A program made the position numbers and the translations under genes. Below, one piece after another: positions 1 through 8,384 of a stretch of DNA of 64,000 nt (positions are counted from its first letter, which is position 1; each line of letters opens with the position of its first letter). The notes beneath the pieces are model-generated. The model made no database searches and was not told where the DNA came from. It saw nothing but the letters and a program-made list of their open reading frames with translations. The stretch is from Bryobacteraceae bacterium (GTDB taxonomy: Bacteria; Acidobacteriota; Terriglobia; Bryobacterales; Bryobacteraceae), in the NCBI GenBank assembly GCA_035293725.1, contig DATGMH010000092.1, positions 24,391 to 88,390 of the forward strand, in the 5' to 3' direction.

Positions 1-1493
1 GAACGAGCGCTCGGGCAGCAGCAGATCACGGTTATCGAACAAGACTTCGTCATATCGAGTCCCAACGTTGTAGTGGAAGTAGCGCGTTAGGGCACCGTCA
101 ATCGATGCATAAGGAGTCAGAAAGTTGATGTTGAGGTTGTTTCCTGTAGCCGGCTGAAAGACCTGAAGCTGTTCATCAAATTTATAAAGAAACAGGTCGT
201 GCGGCGAATCGCGCCGGTGATCGAACCCTACTAAAATCGAAAAGGAAGGCGCGATTCGATTGGAGTAGAGCGCACTCTCCCCGTTTGCGGTTCGGGTTTC
301 GGTCTGGCGTATCCAGCCGTCCCCGAAATTTGGCCTGACGTCGAGATAGTAATTTCGGAAGAATCCTGAAAACTGCATTTGCAATTGAGGCGAGAGGTGC
401 CAGACATCATTCACGACAGCAATGCCGGAACTCGCTTCCTCGCGCTGCCTCGCATCGTAGGTGTCGTTCGGAACAGCGGTATCGATCGGGATCAAACCGG
501 GCAGGAATGAAAAACCGTGGTATCCGATGCCATAGACCGTCAGGTCGTGATTGCCGAGCGTAAACACGCGCGAGGCATTCACCTTGTACTGCTTGCGATG
601 TTCCAGGCGTTTAACGAAGCCATTGCCGAATGAGAATTCAAGTCCAATCCATTCTTTGATCGCAGGATTCCTGGGCCTCCATCCGGCCACGAGGTCGGCA
701 TCGCGATAATCGGCTGTCAATCGAATGAGCGGGTCCAGGCGGTCCCGAAGGCCAAAGATCATCGCCGAATTAACAGAGTTGTTACCTTCTCGAACATTGA
801 AGGCGCCACCATCGGTTGCCACGCTTTCGATGGCGATCGGGATTAGCGTGTTGGGGTCGGCGTATCCATTACCATGCGCATTTGCGGGCAGATTGTTAGG
901 GAACAGGAAGCTCCCGATTTGAAAGAACTGTGCGATTGGCTCGCCATGATCGCCCGCCACGCCGGGAACAAAGTACTGCGGTGGTTTGATGCCCCCGGCC
1001 GGGGACTCTACGGGCATCCCCGGAATGGAAATCGGCATTCCCGGCCGTCCAGGATTTGCATCGAGCGTCTCTTGGCGAACCAGGACGCGTGTGCCCGGAT
1101 CTGGCAGGAACACGCTGGCGTCCGCAATGTCAGCGGTAACCGTAACGGATTCGCTCTGGGTTGCGAGTTGGGCAAACAGAAAATCGGCCGTCGCGTTCTG
1201 AGCCGGTGCCAGCACGACGGTTTTCGATATCCGGGGGAACCCAACAGCTTCGGCCGTCAACTGGTACTCACCGCCGTCAAGGGACGAAAACGAGTATCGG
1301 CCGCCCCGATCGGTCTTTGTTTCCCTGCGAGAATTGTCAGCACGCCGAAACAGCCGGACTTGGGCATCGGTACAGAGGCGCCTTGGGGATCGGTGACCTG
1401 TCCGCTGATGGATGCGTCCGCCGCCATCGTGGGGGTGCTGCACGAACAGACGGCAAGAAGCGCGCCAAGCAAACCTAAAGGTTGGAAGCTCAT
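1..1493 (-). pseudogene. TonB-dependent receptor with N-terminal carboxypeptidase-regulatory-like domain; C-terminal part runs off the window; disrupted by a 1-nt frameshift
   Basis: The minus frame open from nt 1 to ~1365 reads ...DAQVRLFRRADNSRRETKTDRGGRYSFSSLDGGEYQLTAEAVGFPRISKTVVLAPAQNATADF...RYDEVLFDNRDLLLPERSF. The signal peptide and ISGQVTDPQGASVP (ORF 1257..1559, likely ATG at 1493) are in another frame. One extra nt at GG 1369-1370 would join the two. Confidence 0.8.
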
Positions 1494-2089
1494 CCAAAGA
1501 TCCCTTGTAGCAGCGATTGTCACATTCGTGGCACCAGCCGATGGACTTAAACCTAGCACGCTGGTAACACGAATCTCAAATAGGTGTTACGATTTTTTGA
1601 AGTGCCGTGGATTTAAAAAGTTCAAGTCCGACTCGCGTCGTTACGCGGCACCCACAGCTCCATCGCGCCAGGGCAATTGCCGCCTCTATACCTACAGCGC
1701 CAACTCGGAACCAGGCGAAAGGTGGCGCACGGATGTGAAGGCCAATTCAACGTCTACAAACGGCGTCACGCCGAATAATTTGAAGTTCGGACGGTCGCGA
1801 TATTTGCGGTGCCGAACCGAAGAGATTCAAAACAGCGTTAGCGGGGATTGCCTCCGGGCCAGCATTAAAGGCGTTGCCTCAACTGCGCCAACTAATAGAT
1901 GGCGACGGCTTCGATGGCCTGCGGTTTCGAAGCTTCGGTAGCGCGGAACGTCCTTGAAATCGGCGGCGAAGTAAGCCTGCCTTATTTGCGGCAATTGACG
2001 ATCTGCGTTGGACGCTAAGAGTCCGCCTGAACACCTTCTGGAGGGGGTCCATTGAGCCTATGTGATTGGAATAGAGCGGGTTACCAGTT

Positions 2090-2105
2090 TGGAGCCTTCG
2101 GTGCC
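2090..2105 (+). promoter_or_regulatory. candidate sigma-54 (-24/-12) promoter
   Basis: TGGAGCcttcgGTGCC has GG and GC 12 nt apart. It lies ~27 nt upstream of ATG 2132, with RBS AAGGAG in between. The match to TGGCAC-N5-TTGC is weak. Confidence 0.3.
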
Positions 2106-2131
2106 TATCTCTAAAGCGAAGGAGAAAACAA

Positions 2132-2578
2132 ATGACTACTTCCAAGGCATCGCGATGGACCACAGCTGCGACGATCGCGCTGTTCGGTTTCGCCTCAGCG
2201 GCTCAACCCGCGTTTTCACAGCTTGGCCCCAAGAATCTCGTCTCCCCGACGTATCGCGCACCGGCGGTTCAAACTCAGGTGGAAAGCGGGCTTACAGACA
2301 GGGGAGCAAAACGGCTCGCTGCGACCGCCGAGACGCGCTCGGATCACTCGAGGCTCGCTGCGTTTTATACCGCGAAGGCCGAAAGGCTGGAAGCTCAGGC
2401 TGCTGGATATGAAGAGGCGGCGGCTTATTACAGGAATGGTCCGCTGATTAAGAACCTTATGTCGCCCACGACGCCAGGGCGGTACGAGTTCTTTGCGAAG
2501 GGGATGCGAGCCGAGGCCAAGTCCAATCGTGCGCTCGCTGCATCGCACGAGCAGATGGCGCTCATCGCCAGCCTCTAA
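2132..2578 (+). CDS. secreted hypothetical protein (helical, Ala/Glu-rich)
   Basis: RBS AAGGAG precedes the ATG. Signal peptide MTTSKASRWTTAATIALFGFASAAQPAFSQ. Paralogous to the next ORF. Confidence 0.7.
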   Translation: MTTSKASRWTTAATIALFGFASAAQPAFSQLGPKNLVSPTYRAPAVQTQVESGLTDRGAKRLAATAETRSDHSRLAAFYTAKAERLEAQAAGYEEAAAYYRNGPLIKNLMSPTTPGRYEFFAKGMRAEAKSNRALAASHEQMALIASL

Positions 2579-2681
2579 ACGAGGGATAGAGCGTCATCTG
2601 AAGAACCAACATCCTAAACTGGGCCGGAAACCACGTCGTGACCGCCGCGCCAGAAATTCAAAAGCAAAAGGAGATAAGACC

Positions 2682-3089
2682 GTGAAGAAACATCTGATGA
2701 GTACATGGACCCTACGGCTCGCCGCGCTGACGATTGCGCTTGCGGTCGTGCCCGGCCTAGTAGTACCGGCGGGCGCAAAGGATAAGACGATGAGCAAGAA
2801 GGAAGTCAGGACTCTGATCGAAAACGCCAAGACGCCGGCGGACCATGAGCGGATCGCGCAATATTTCGATGCCGAGGCAGCGAGATACGAAGCGGAATCC
2901 AAGAAGCACGAAGAGGAAGCGACCTACTATGCGTCGCACGTTCAACCATCGATCGGCAAGAACCAAGGCTTCTACTCGCGCGAAATGCAGGATCACTGCC
3001 CGAAGATGGCCGCAAAGCTCAAAGAGGCTGCACAAGAAGCTCGCATGGTCGCCGCTGGCCATAGAGCGTTGGCCAACGAAACAAAGTGA
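2682..3089 (+). CDS. secreted hypothetical protein, paralog of 2132..2578
   Basis: GTG at 2682 sits 8 nt after AAAGGAG. The signal peptide ends in AGA. It shares the H..IA.YF.A.A.R.EA....EEA.YY pattern with the upstream ORF. The longer 2493 start has no RBS support. Confidence 0.65.
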   Translation: MKKHLMSTWTLRLAALTIALAVVPGLVVPAGAKDKTMSKKEVRTLIENAKTPADHERIAQYFDAEAARYEAESKKHEEEATYYASHVQPSIGKNQGFYSREMQDHCPKMAAKLKEAAQEARMVAAGHRALANETK

Positions 3090-3125
3090 TCGCTTCTTAG
3101 CTACGAATCACGAATCGATTCCATT

Positions 3126-3156
3126 GCCGGCAGGGGCATCTCTGCCGGTTTCTTTT
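3126..3156 (+). terminator. rho-independent terminator
   Basis: Hairpin GCCGGCAG-N8-CTGCCGG followed by TTTCTTTT. Confidence 0.6.
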
Positions 3157-3276
3157 CGTGTGAACGAGCTTTTGGGCCATGTCGTCAGCGGGAGAAATCG
3201 AAGAGTTCACGCGCCTTCGCACCGCTTCGGCAGGTATTCGCGGTATGATCCAGAAAGGATCAATCCGAGCTGACAA

Positions 3277-3359
3277 GTGAAAGAAAAGCAAGCACTTGCG
3301 CGAGTTATGGTTGTGGCAGTCGGCATCGCTATCGCAAGCGGGTTGCACTACCTGACATC
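3277..3359 (+). pseudogene. 5' fragment of the sensor histidine kinase gene split by the IS
   Basis: Reads (V)KEKQALARVMVVAVGIAIASGLHYLT. It continues in frame across the IS target duplication into SPSLILWHELFQRLYYLPIIYAAIYFGWRGG... at 4812. Confidence 0.75.
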
Positions 3360-3423
3360 TGAGGTGGACCCCATCGTTTGGACAAAATTCTGGCCGTCCT
3401 TAGATGGTGGAGCGGGCTGACGA

Positions 3424-3610
3424 GGAGGCGGCCCGAAGGCCGCCATCCACTCCGGGCTTGAATCGGCGCTCGGGTCGCATCCCTGCGTTGCCCTATCCTC
3501 CTATCAAGCCATTCCAGTGTACGGCGGGTGCCGCCACAGGCAAAGCAAAAAACATCCACTCCGGAAGAAAACGGCGGTAAATCCCAGGGGGTTTGGGGGA
3601 CAGCGTCCCC
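3424..3610. repeat. copy A of a ~170-190-nt dispersed repeat (inside the IS, between IRL and the orfB stop)
   Basis: Aligns with 51366..51534, sharing ...TCGGCGCTCGGGTCGCAT.CCTGCG... and ...GGGGGTTTGGGGG.CAG.GTCCCC. Has a GC hairpin at 3427-3444. Confidence 0.7.
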
Positions 3611-3612
3611 CA

Positions 3613-4371
3613 TCAGGGTGATGATCCTTTCCTTTTGAGTCTGTGCGGGAACAGGTCGGCCGGCGTACGATAACCAAGCGCCTGATGCGGACGCTGATGG
3701 TTGTAGAAGTGGAAGTAATTCTCCAGTGCCGTGAACAGATCCTGGCCGTTGATGAAGTCGCCGGGATAAATCAGTTCGTATTTCAGCGAGCGCCACAGTC
3801 GTTCGATGAAGACGTTGTCCAGCGCACGCCCTCGTCCATCCATGCTGATGGCGATGCCGCGCTGCTGGAGCGGAGCCAGGAAGTCGGCTGCGGTGAACTG
3901 CGAGCCCTGATCGGAGTTCCAGATTTCGGGCTGGCCGAAACCAAACGCGGTCTCCAACGCTGCGAGGCAGAAACCGGTTTCCATCGTATTGGAAAGTTCC
4001 CAACTGAGCACGAACCGGCTGAACCAGTCCATCACCGCAACCAGATAGAGAAAGCCGCCACGCATCGGAATGTAAGTAATATCGGTGCTCCAGACGTGGT
4101 TGGGCCGGAGGATTTCCACGCCGCGCAGCAGGTACGGGTAGATCTGGTGACCCGGCGCAGGACGGCTCAAGTTCGGTTTGGGATAGTGGGCTTCGATGCC
4201 CAGGATGCGCATCAGCCGTTGGATGCGCTTGCGGTTCACCTCCAACTCGACGGCCATTTTGCGGCTTCCGAAAAACGGACGCTTTAGGTAGAGTCGGTCG
4301 AGTTGGCGGAGCAGACGCAGGTTCTCGGCACTCTCCGGCCGCGGCTGGTAGTAGTAGGTCGAGCGTGGCAC
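3613..4371 (-). CDS. IS3-family transposase OrfB (DDE integrase core)
   Basis: Motifs HVWSTDITYI, WNSDQGSQFT and FIERLWRSLKYE. The frame stays open upstream to the A-run (..FSKKELASSTDDKRQWIDPTHPRLSIQQQCELLG..), so it is normally made as an OrfAB fusion. Confidence 0.9.
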   Translation of the reverse strand: MPRSTYYYQPRPESAENLRLLRQLDRLYLKRPFFGSRKMAVELEVNRKRIQRLMRILGIEAHYPKPNLSRPAPGHQIYPYLLRGVEILRPNHVWSTDITYIPMRGGFLYLVAVMDWFSRFVLSWELSNTMETGFCLAALETAFGFGQPEIWNSDQGSQFTAADFLAPLQQRGIAISMDGRGRALDNVFIERLWRSLKYELIYPGDFINGQDLFTALENYFHFYNHQRPHQALGYRTPADLFPHRLKRKGSSP

Positions 4372-4441
4372 TCCCAGCAGTTCGCACTGCTGTTGGATGC
4401 TCAGGCGTGGGTGCGTGGGATCGATCCATTGCCGTTTGTCG

Positions 4442-4732
4442 TCAGTCGATGAGGCCAGCTCTTTTTTTGAGAAAGTCCAACTCCACTTTCAGTTGGCCGA
4501 TCTGCTTGTAGAGCTCGTCCTTTTCGGCGTCGGACTGCTGGCGCACCTGCTCGCGGCCATTCCCGAAGATGTCGGGCAACCCGGCCAGCGCTTGTTTCTT
4601 CCAGCCCCCGACCTGGGTTGGGTGAACGCCGAACATCTGCGCGATCTGTGCTGCCGTCTTGTGCGCCTTGATGGCCTCAACGGCCACCTTGGCCTTCAGG
4701 CTGGGCGGGTGACTCTTGCGGGTTTTGGGCAT
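4442..4732 (-). CDS. IS3-family transposase OrfA (HTH)
   Basis: MPKTRKSHPPSLKAKVAVEAIKAHKTAAQIAQMFGVHPTQVGGWKKQ... followed by a leucine-zipper-like tail. RBS AAGGAGAG precedes ATG 4732. Confidence 0.9.
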   Translation of the reverse strand: MPKTRKSHPPSLKAKVAVEAIKAHKTAAQIAQMFGVHPTQVGGWKKQALAGLPDIFGNGREQVRQQSDAEKDELYKQIGQLKVELDFLKKRAGLID

Positions 4733-4952
4733 TGACTCTCCTTTATTCTCAATGCCGCCCACCATCTAAGAAAGGGACGTTTTTCTGTCCAAAAAACGGG
4801 GTCCACTACAATCACCGTCGCTCATTCTCTGGCACGAACTATTTCAGAGGCTGTATTACCTGCCGATCATCTATGCCGCGATTTATTTCGGCTGGCGTGG
4901 TGGCCTGCTCGCGTCCGCAGCATCTGCTTTTTGCTACGTTCCCCACATCGTT

Positions 4953-5819
4953 ATGGCTTGGCACCATATGCCAGAGTACGCGATGAACCAGTACGCGGAG
5001 ATCATCGTATTTTTCATGGTCGGTAGCGTCACTGGAGTTTTGGCTGACCTCGGGAAAAAGCAGAGAACAGAGCTGGAGCGCACTTCTAAAGAACTCGCGA
5101 ACGTGAACCGAGAGCTGCAGGACAGCTTCGAGCAGATCAAGAGGGCTGACAGACTGTCGGCGATAGGCGAACTGGCGGCTAGCCTCGCCCACGAAATCCG
5201 GAATCCCCTCGCGAGTATCGACGGAGCGGCAAACCTGATCGAGTCGCCTCAGACCCCGGATGAAATGCGAAAGGGTTCCCTCGCCATCATCCATAAGGAG
5301 ATCCAACGACTCAACCGGTTGCTGACGAATCTCTTGGACTTCGCGCGCCCACGAAAGCCTGACTTCCACCCTGTAGAACCGAGCCGGCTTATCGATGCCA
5401 TTACCAACTTGGCCGGCCACTCCGCACAGCAGAAGGGAATCACTTTTCGAAAGGATGTCCCGCTGTCGGTGCCCCCGTTCGAATGCGACCCGGAGCAAAT
5501 GAAACAGGTCATCCTCAATCTCGCGATCAACGCGGTGCAGGCGATGAACGGGCCAGGCGAAGTGGTCCTGGCCGCTCGCTCCTCGGACTCGTCGGTGATC
5601 ATCTCCGTGCGCGATCAGGGCGTTGCAATAGGTGACGAGAACCTCGACAAACTTTTCGACCCATTCTTCACCACAAAAGAAGGCGGCACGGGCCTTGGGC
5701 TGTCGGTCGTACACCAGATTGTGACCCAACACGGAGGCACCGTAAACGTCGAGCGCAATCCGGATCGTGGCATGACATTTTCGATAGTGATCCCGCAACA
5801 CCAGAGGAGAAAGAATTGA
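4953..5819 (+). CDS. sensor histidine kinase (HisKA + HATPase_c), 5'-truncated remainder after the IS insertion
   Basis: H-box SLAHEIRNPL plus N/G boxes (NLAINAVQAM, DQGVAIGDE, GGTGLGLSVV). The in-frame membrane segment extends upstream to the IS edge at 4812. Confidence 0.85.
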   Translation: MAWHHMPEYAMNQYAEIIVFFMVGSVTGVLADLGKKQRTELERTSKELANVNRELQDSFEQIKRADRLSAIGELAASLAHEIRNPLASIDGAANLIESPQTPDEMRKGSLAIIHKEIQRLNRLLTNLLDFARPRKPDFHPVEPSRLIDAITNLAGHSAQQKGITFRKDVPLSVPPFECDPEQMKQVILNLAINAVQAMNGPGEVVLAARSSDSSVIISVRDQGVAIGDENLDKLFDPFFTTKEGGTGLGLSVVHQIVTQHGGTVNVERNPDRGMTFSIVIPQHQRRKN

Positions 5820-7213
5820 CCAGGAAGCGGATTCTGGTAGTCGACGACGATGAGAGCCTTCGTTGGGTGACACAAGCACAGCTTCAGCAGAGCGGTTATG
5901 ACGTAAGCGCCGCGGCCGAGGCAAGCGATGCCCTACAGAGCATGCGGCAGGCTCCTCCCGACCTCGTGATCACCGATCTCAAGATGCCGGGCATGTCCGG
6001 GTTGGAGCTGCTGCGGAAGATACGCACAGACTTCCCCGAAATCATCGTCATCATGGTCACTGCCTTCGGAACCGTCGAAAATGCGGTCGAGGCCATGAAG
6101 GCCGGCGCTTACGACTACATCACGAAACCCGTGAACATCGACGAGCTGCGCCTGATCGTCAATCGCGGACTGGAGCATCTCGGCCTGCAGGAAGAGGTGC
6201 GACTGCTCCGCAGCAGCCTCGATCAAAAATACGGTTTTGAAAACATTCTCGGGCGCTCGAAGTCTCTGCTCTACGTCTTGGATATGGCTTCCCGCGCAGC
6301 TCAGGCGACCTCTACAGTGCTGATCCGCGGCGAAACGGGTACCGGCAAAGAGCTATTGGCCAAGGCCATTCACTTCAACAGCCGACGAAAAGATCGGCCC
6401 TTCGTCACTATCAACTGCGGCGCAATTCCCAAGGACCTCCTCGAATCGGAGCTATTCGGGCATGTCAAGGGTTCGTTCACCGGTGCGCTGGCGAATAAGC
6501 GTGGGAAGGTGGAGCTAGCGGATGGGGGCACACTGTTCCTCGATGAAATCGGCGAGCTCCCGCTGGAGCTCCAAGTAAAATTGTTGCGGTTGATCCAGCA
6601 GGGTGAAGTCGAGAAGCTCGGTGTCGTCGGCGTGACGAAAATCGATGTACGGATCATAGCCGCTACCCACCGGAATCTGCAGGCCATGATCGAGGATGGT
6701 GTATTCCGCGAGGATCTCTACTACCGGCTGGCCGTAATCCCGTTGGAATTGCCGCCCTTGCGCGACCGTGCGGATGATGTCCCTGAGCTGGTGCAACATT
6801 TCTTCGTGAAGGCGAAACACGAGCAGGGGCGGCCCGACTTGGTGTTACCACCACGTCTGCTTCAATACTTCAGCGGATATACGTGGCCAGGCAACGTGCG
6901 AGAACTGGAAAATATTATCGAGCGTATCGTTGTGCTGGCTCGTGGGGAGGAGATCACATTGAACGATCTCCCCGATTTCCTTCGGCGCGAGCGTCAGGCG
7001 GTTGAGGCTTTGCACCTCGACCTGCCGCCCCACGGGATCAGTCTCGAAGCAGTGGAGAAGGAATTGATCGTCCGGGCTTTGGAAAAGTGTAATGGGAACC
7101 AGACGCACGCAGCCCAGTACTTGGATATAAGCCGCAAGACCTTGATCTATCGGATGGAGAAATTCGGGCTCCGGAAGGAGACCGATGACGCAGGCGAGGC
7201 CGAAGGGGATTGA
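5816..7213 (+). CDS. sigma-54-dependent response regulator (REC + AAA+ + Fis-type HTH), NtrC/AtoC/ZraR family
   Basis: Motifs DLVITDLKMPGMSG, GETGTGKE and GSFTGA (GAFTGA variant), plus the C-terminal HTH NQTHAAQYLDISRKTLIYRM. Overlaps the kinase stop by 4 nt. Confidence 0.9.
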   Translation: MTRKRILVVDDDESLRWVTQAQLQQSGYDVSAAAEASDALQSMRQAPPDLVITDLKMPGMSGLELLRKIRTDFPEIIVIMVTAFGTVENAVEAMKAGAYDYITKPVNIDELRLIVNRGLEHLGLQEEVRLLRSSLDQKYGFENILGRSKSLLYVLDMASRAAQATSTVLIRGETGTGKELLAKAIHFNSRRKDRPFVTINCGAIPKDLLESELFGHVKGSFTGALANKRGKVELADGGTLFLDEIGELPLELQVKLLRLIQQGEVEKLGVVGVTKIDVRIIAATHRNLQAMIEDGVFREDLYYRLAVIPLELPPLRDRADDVPELVQHFFVKAKHEQGRPDLVLPPRLLQYFSGYTWPGNVRELENIIERIVVLARGEEITLNDLPDFLRRERQAVEALHLDLPPHGISLEAVEKELIVRALEKCNGNQTHAAQYLDISRKTLIYRMEKFGLRKETDDAGEAEGD

Positions 7214-7218
7214 CTGCT

Positions 7219-7728
7219 TTAATGAGCGTAGGCGGACGCGATCTCACTAAACGGTGAGACCTGTCCACCGTGCTGGCGCGCGAACTCCATCGCTGCGCTT
7301 TTTTGCTTAAACGCGAGCATGCTGGGTGAACATCGGTCGTAGTGGAGATCCGCCGGCCGCTTCTCCTCGTCCACCAGTTCGCGCGCGTGCGCACACATGT
7401 TCACATCGCTTCCCTTCACGATGAAAGCCTCGTCGGGCGTGAGCTTCTCACCGGTGAGGTATGAGGTCAGCTCTGTAACGCGGATGGGCTTGCCTTCCTG
7501 CTCGTGTTCGGAGAGGGCACATGCCGGACAGCAGAACGTCCTCGGCTTCCCATTCACGATCGCGACCGTGCGTGAATGTGCGTGAATCGCTCGCAGGCAG
7601 GCGTAACATTGCTCAGGCTGCGAGGCGCGGTAGACCCGAAGCCCGGCATATCCGAGGCCGGCGGCAACGAGGACCACCGCGAATATGGCCAACCAGCGTT
7701 TGGCTGTCATGCACCGTCTCCTCTTCAA
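7219..7728 (-). CDS. membrane-anchored Cys-rich metal-binding protein (TRASH/YHS-like CxxC...CCxxC plus a NosL-like C-terminal region), putative
   Basis: An N-terminal TM segment, then CYACLRAIHAHSRTVAIVNGKPRTFCCPAC. The C-terminal MLAFKQKSAAMEFARQHGGQVSPFSEI resembles NosL-type proteins. This is a motif-level call only. Confidence 0.45.
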   Translation of the reverse strand: MKRRRCMTAKRWLAIFAVVLVAAGLGYAGLRVYRASQPEQCYACLRAIHAHSRTVAIVNGKPRTFCCPACALSEHEQEGKPIRVTELTSYLTGEKLTPDEAFIVKGSDVNMCAHARELVDEEKRPADLHYDRCSPSMLAFKQKSAAMEFARQHGGQVSPFSEIASAYAH

Positions 7729-7809
7729 TTCTACGGCTGCCCGAGCTGACCCGCTATGCCCGTTCCAGCGAGGAAAGCCGCGGGGTCCAGTTTGAGTCGA
7801 TCCACCCGC

Positions 7810-8169
7810 TCAGTGCTGATGTCCCGCTTGGGCAGAATCCACTGAAGATGCCTCGCCATCACTCGTTATCGAGTCCACCTTGAGGATCTTGGTCTTCTCG
7901 TAAAGCGTGCCCGTGATTTTGACCTTTTGGCCGGCGAACTGTTCCGGCGCCTTCTGATCGCTGAGCACGTAGGCCGTCTTGCCGTTGAACAGCGCGTACT
8001 TGCTGCCGTGTCTCACGCACTCCTGAACGCACTTCGAATTGGGCGTAACCTTCATCATTGCGTGGTCCTGTCCGCACATCGAGTCGGTAATCACACCGGT
8101 AAAGGTTTGCTGGCCCGTCGCTGCCGCTAATAAAGCTGCAGCGAATAGAAGGGAAATCGTCTTTTTCAT
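7810..8169 (-). CDS. small secreted Cys-containing protein (family also at 30530 and 30724)
   Basis: Signal peptide MKKTISLLFAAALLAAATGQQ, then TFTGVITDSMCGQDHAMM...CVQECV...KVKITGTLYEKTKILKVDSI. Confidence 0.7.
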   Translation of the reverse strand: MKKTISLLFAAALLAAATGQQTFTGVITDSMCGQDHAMMKVTPNSKCVQECVRHGSKYALFNGKTAYVLSDQKAPEQFAGQKVKITGTLYEKTKILKVDSITSDGEASSVDSAQAGHQH

Positions 8170-8239
8170 GTTCTGTTCTTCCTTGATGTTTTGGTGCCTG
8201 ATCTCAGACTCGCGCCGACGAGCGGGTCACCCTCCGTTG

Positions 8240-8254
8240 TGCATCGCCCCTGCC
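8240..8254 (-). promoter_or_regulatory. candidate sigma-54 (-24/-12) promoter for 8169..7219
   Basis: The minus strand reads cGGCAGgggcgATGCA, with GG/GC spacing of 12. It lies ~70 nt upstream of ATG 8169. Confidence 0.35.
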
Positions 8255-8384
8255 GATTCGGAAGCCGCTCAAATCCAACAACTTGCATTCGGTGGGCGAC
8301 CTGGCGGGACGCCCTTGCTGGCGGACTGCATCCAGCAACCGACAGGTCCTGCCGCAAATGAGGCAGCGCCTCGCCCTCCCTTCG

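Larger units (their letters stand above)
3360..4810 (-). mobile_element. IS3-family insertion sequence (1451 bp)
   Basis: Terminal inverted repeats TGAGGTGGACCCC...TTAGATGGTGG (3360->) and TGTAGTGGACCCC...TTAGATGGTGG (revcomp from 4810). A 3-bp direct repeat ATC flanks both ends (3357-3359 and 4811-4813). orfA and orfB lie inside. Confidence 0.9.

Noticed and set aside
874-1941. 355-aa plus-strand ORF
   Set aside because: It is antisense to the TonB-receptor coding frame. Its Arg/Gly/Pro-rich composition is typical of an off-frame in high-GC DNA, and it has no RBS or motif.
3424-3610. Group II intron or tRNA-derived origin for the dispersed repeat
   Set aside because: I could find no domain-V-like AGC..GNRA hairpin, no RT ORF, no GUGYG 5' end and no cloverleaf or T-loop (GTTCGAATC) signature.
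3329-4429. 366-aa minus-strand ORF overlapping the IS
   Set aside because: It is the alternative frame of orfB. The DDE motifs are in the 3613..4371 frame, and this ORF has an Arg/Pro-rich nonsense composition.
4839-5924. 361-aa minus-strand ORF
   Set aside because: Antisense to the histidine kinase, which has clear H, N and G boxes.
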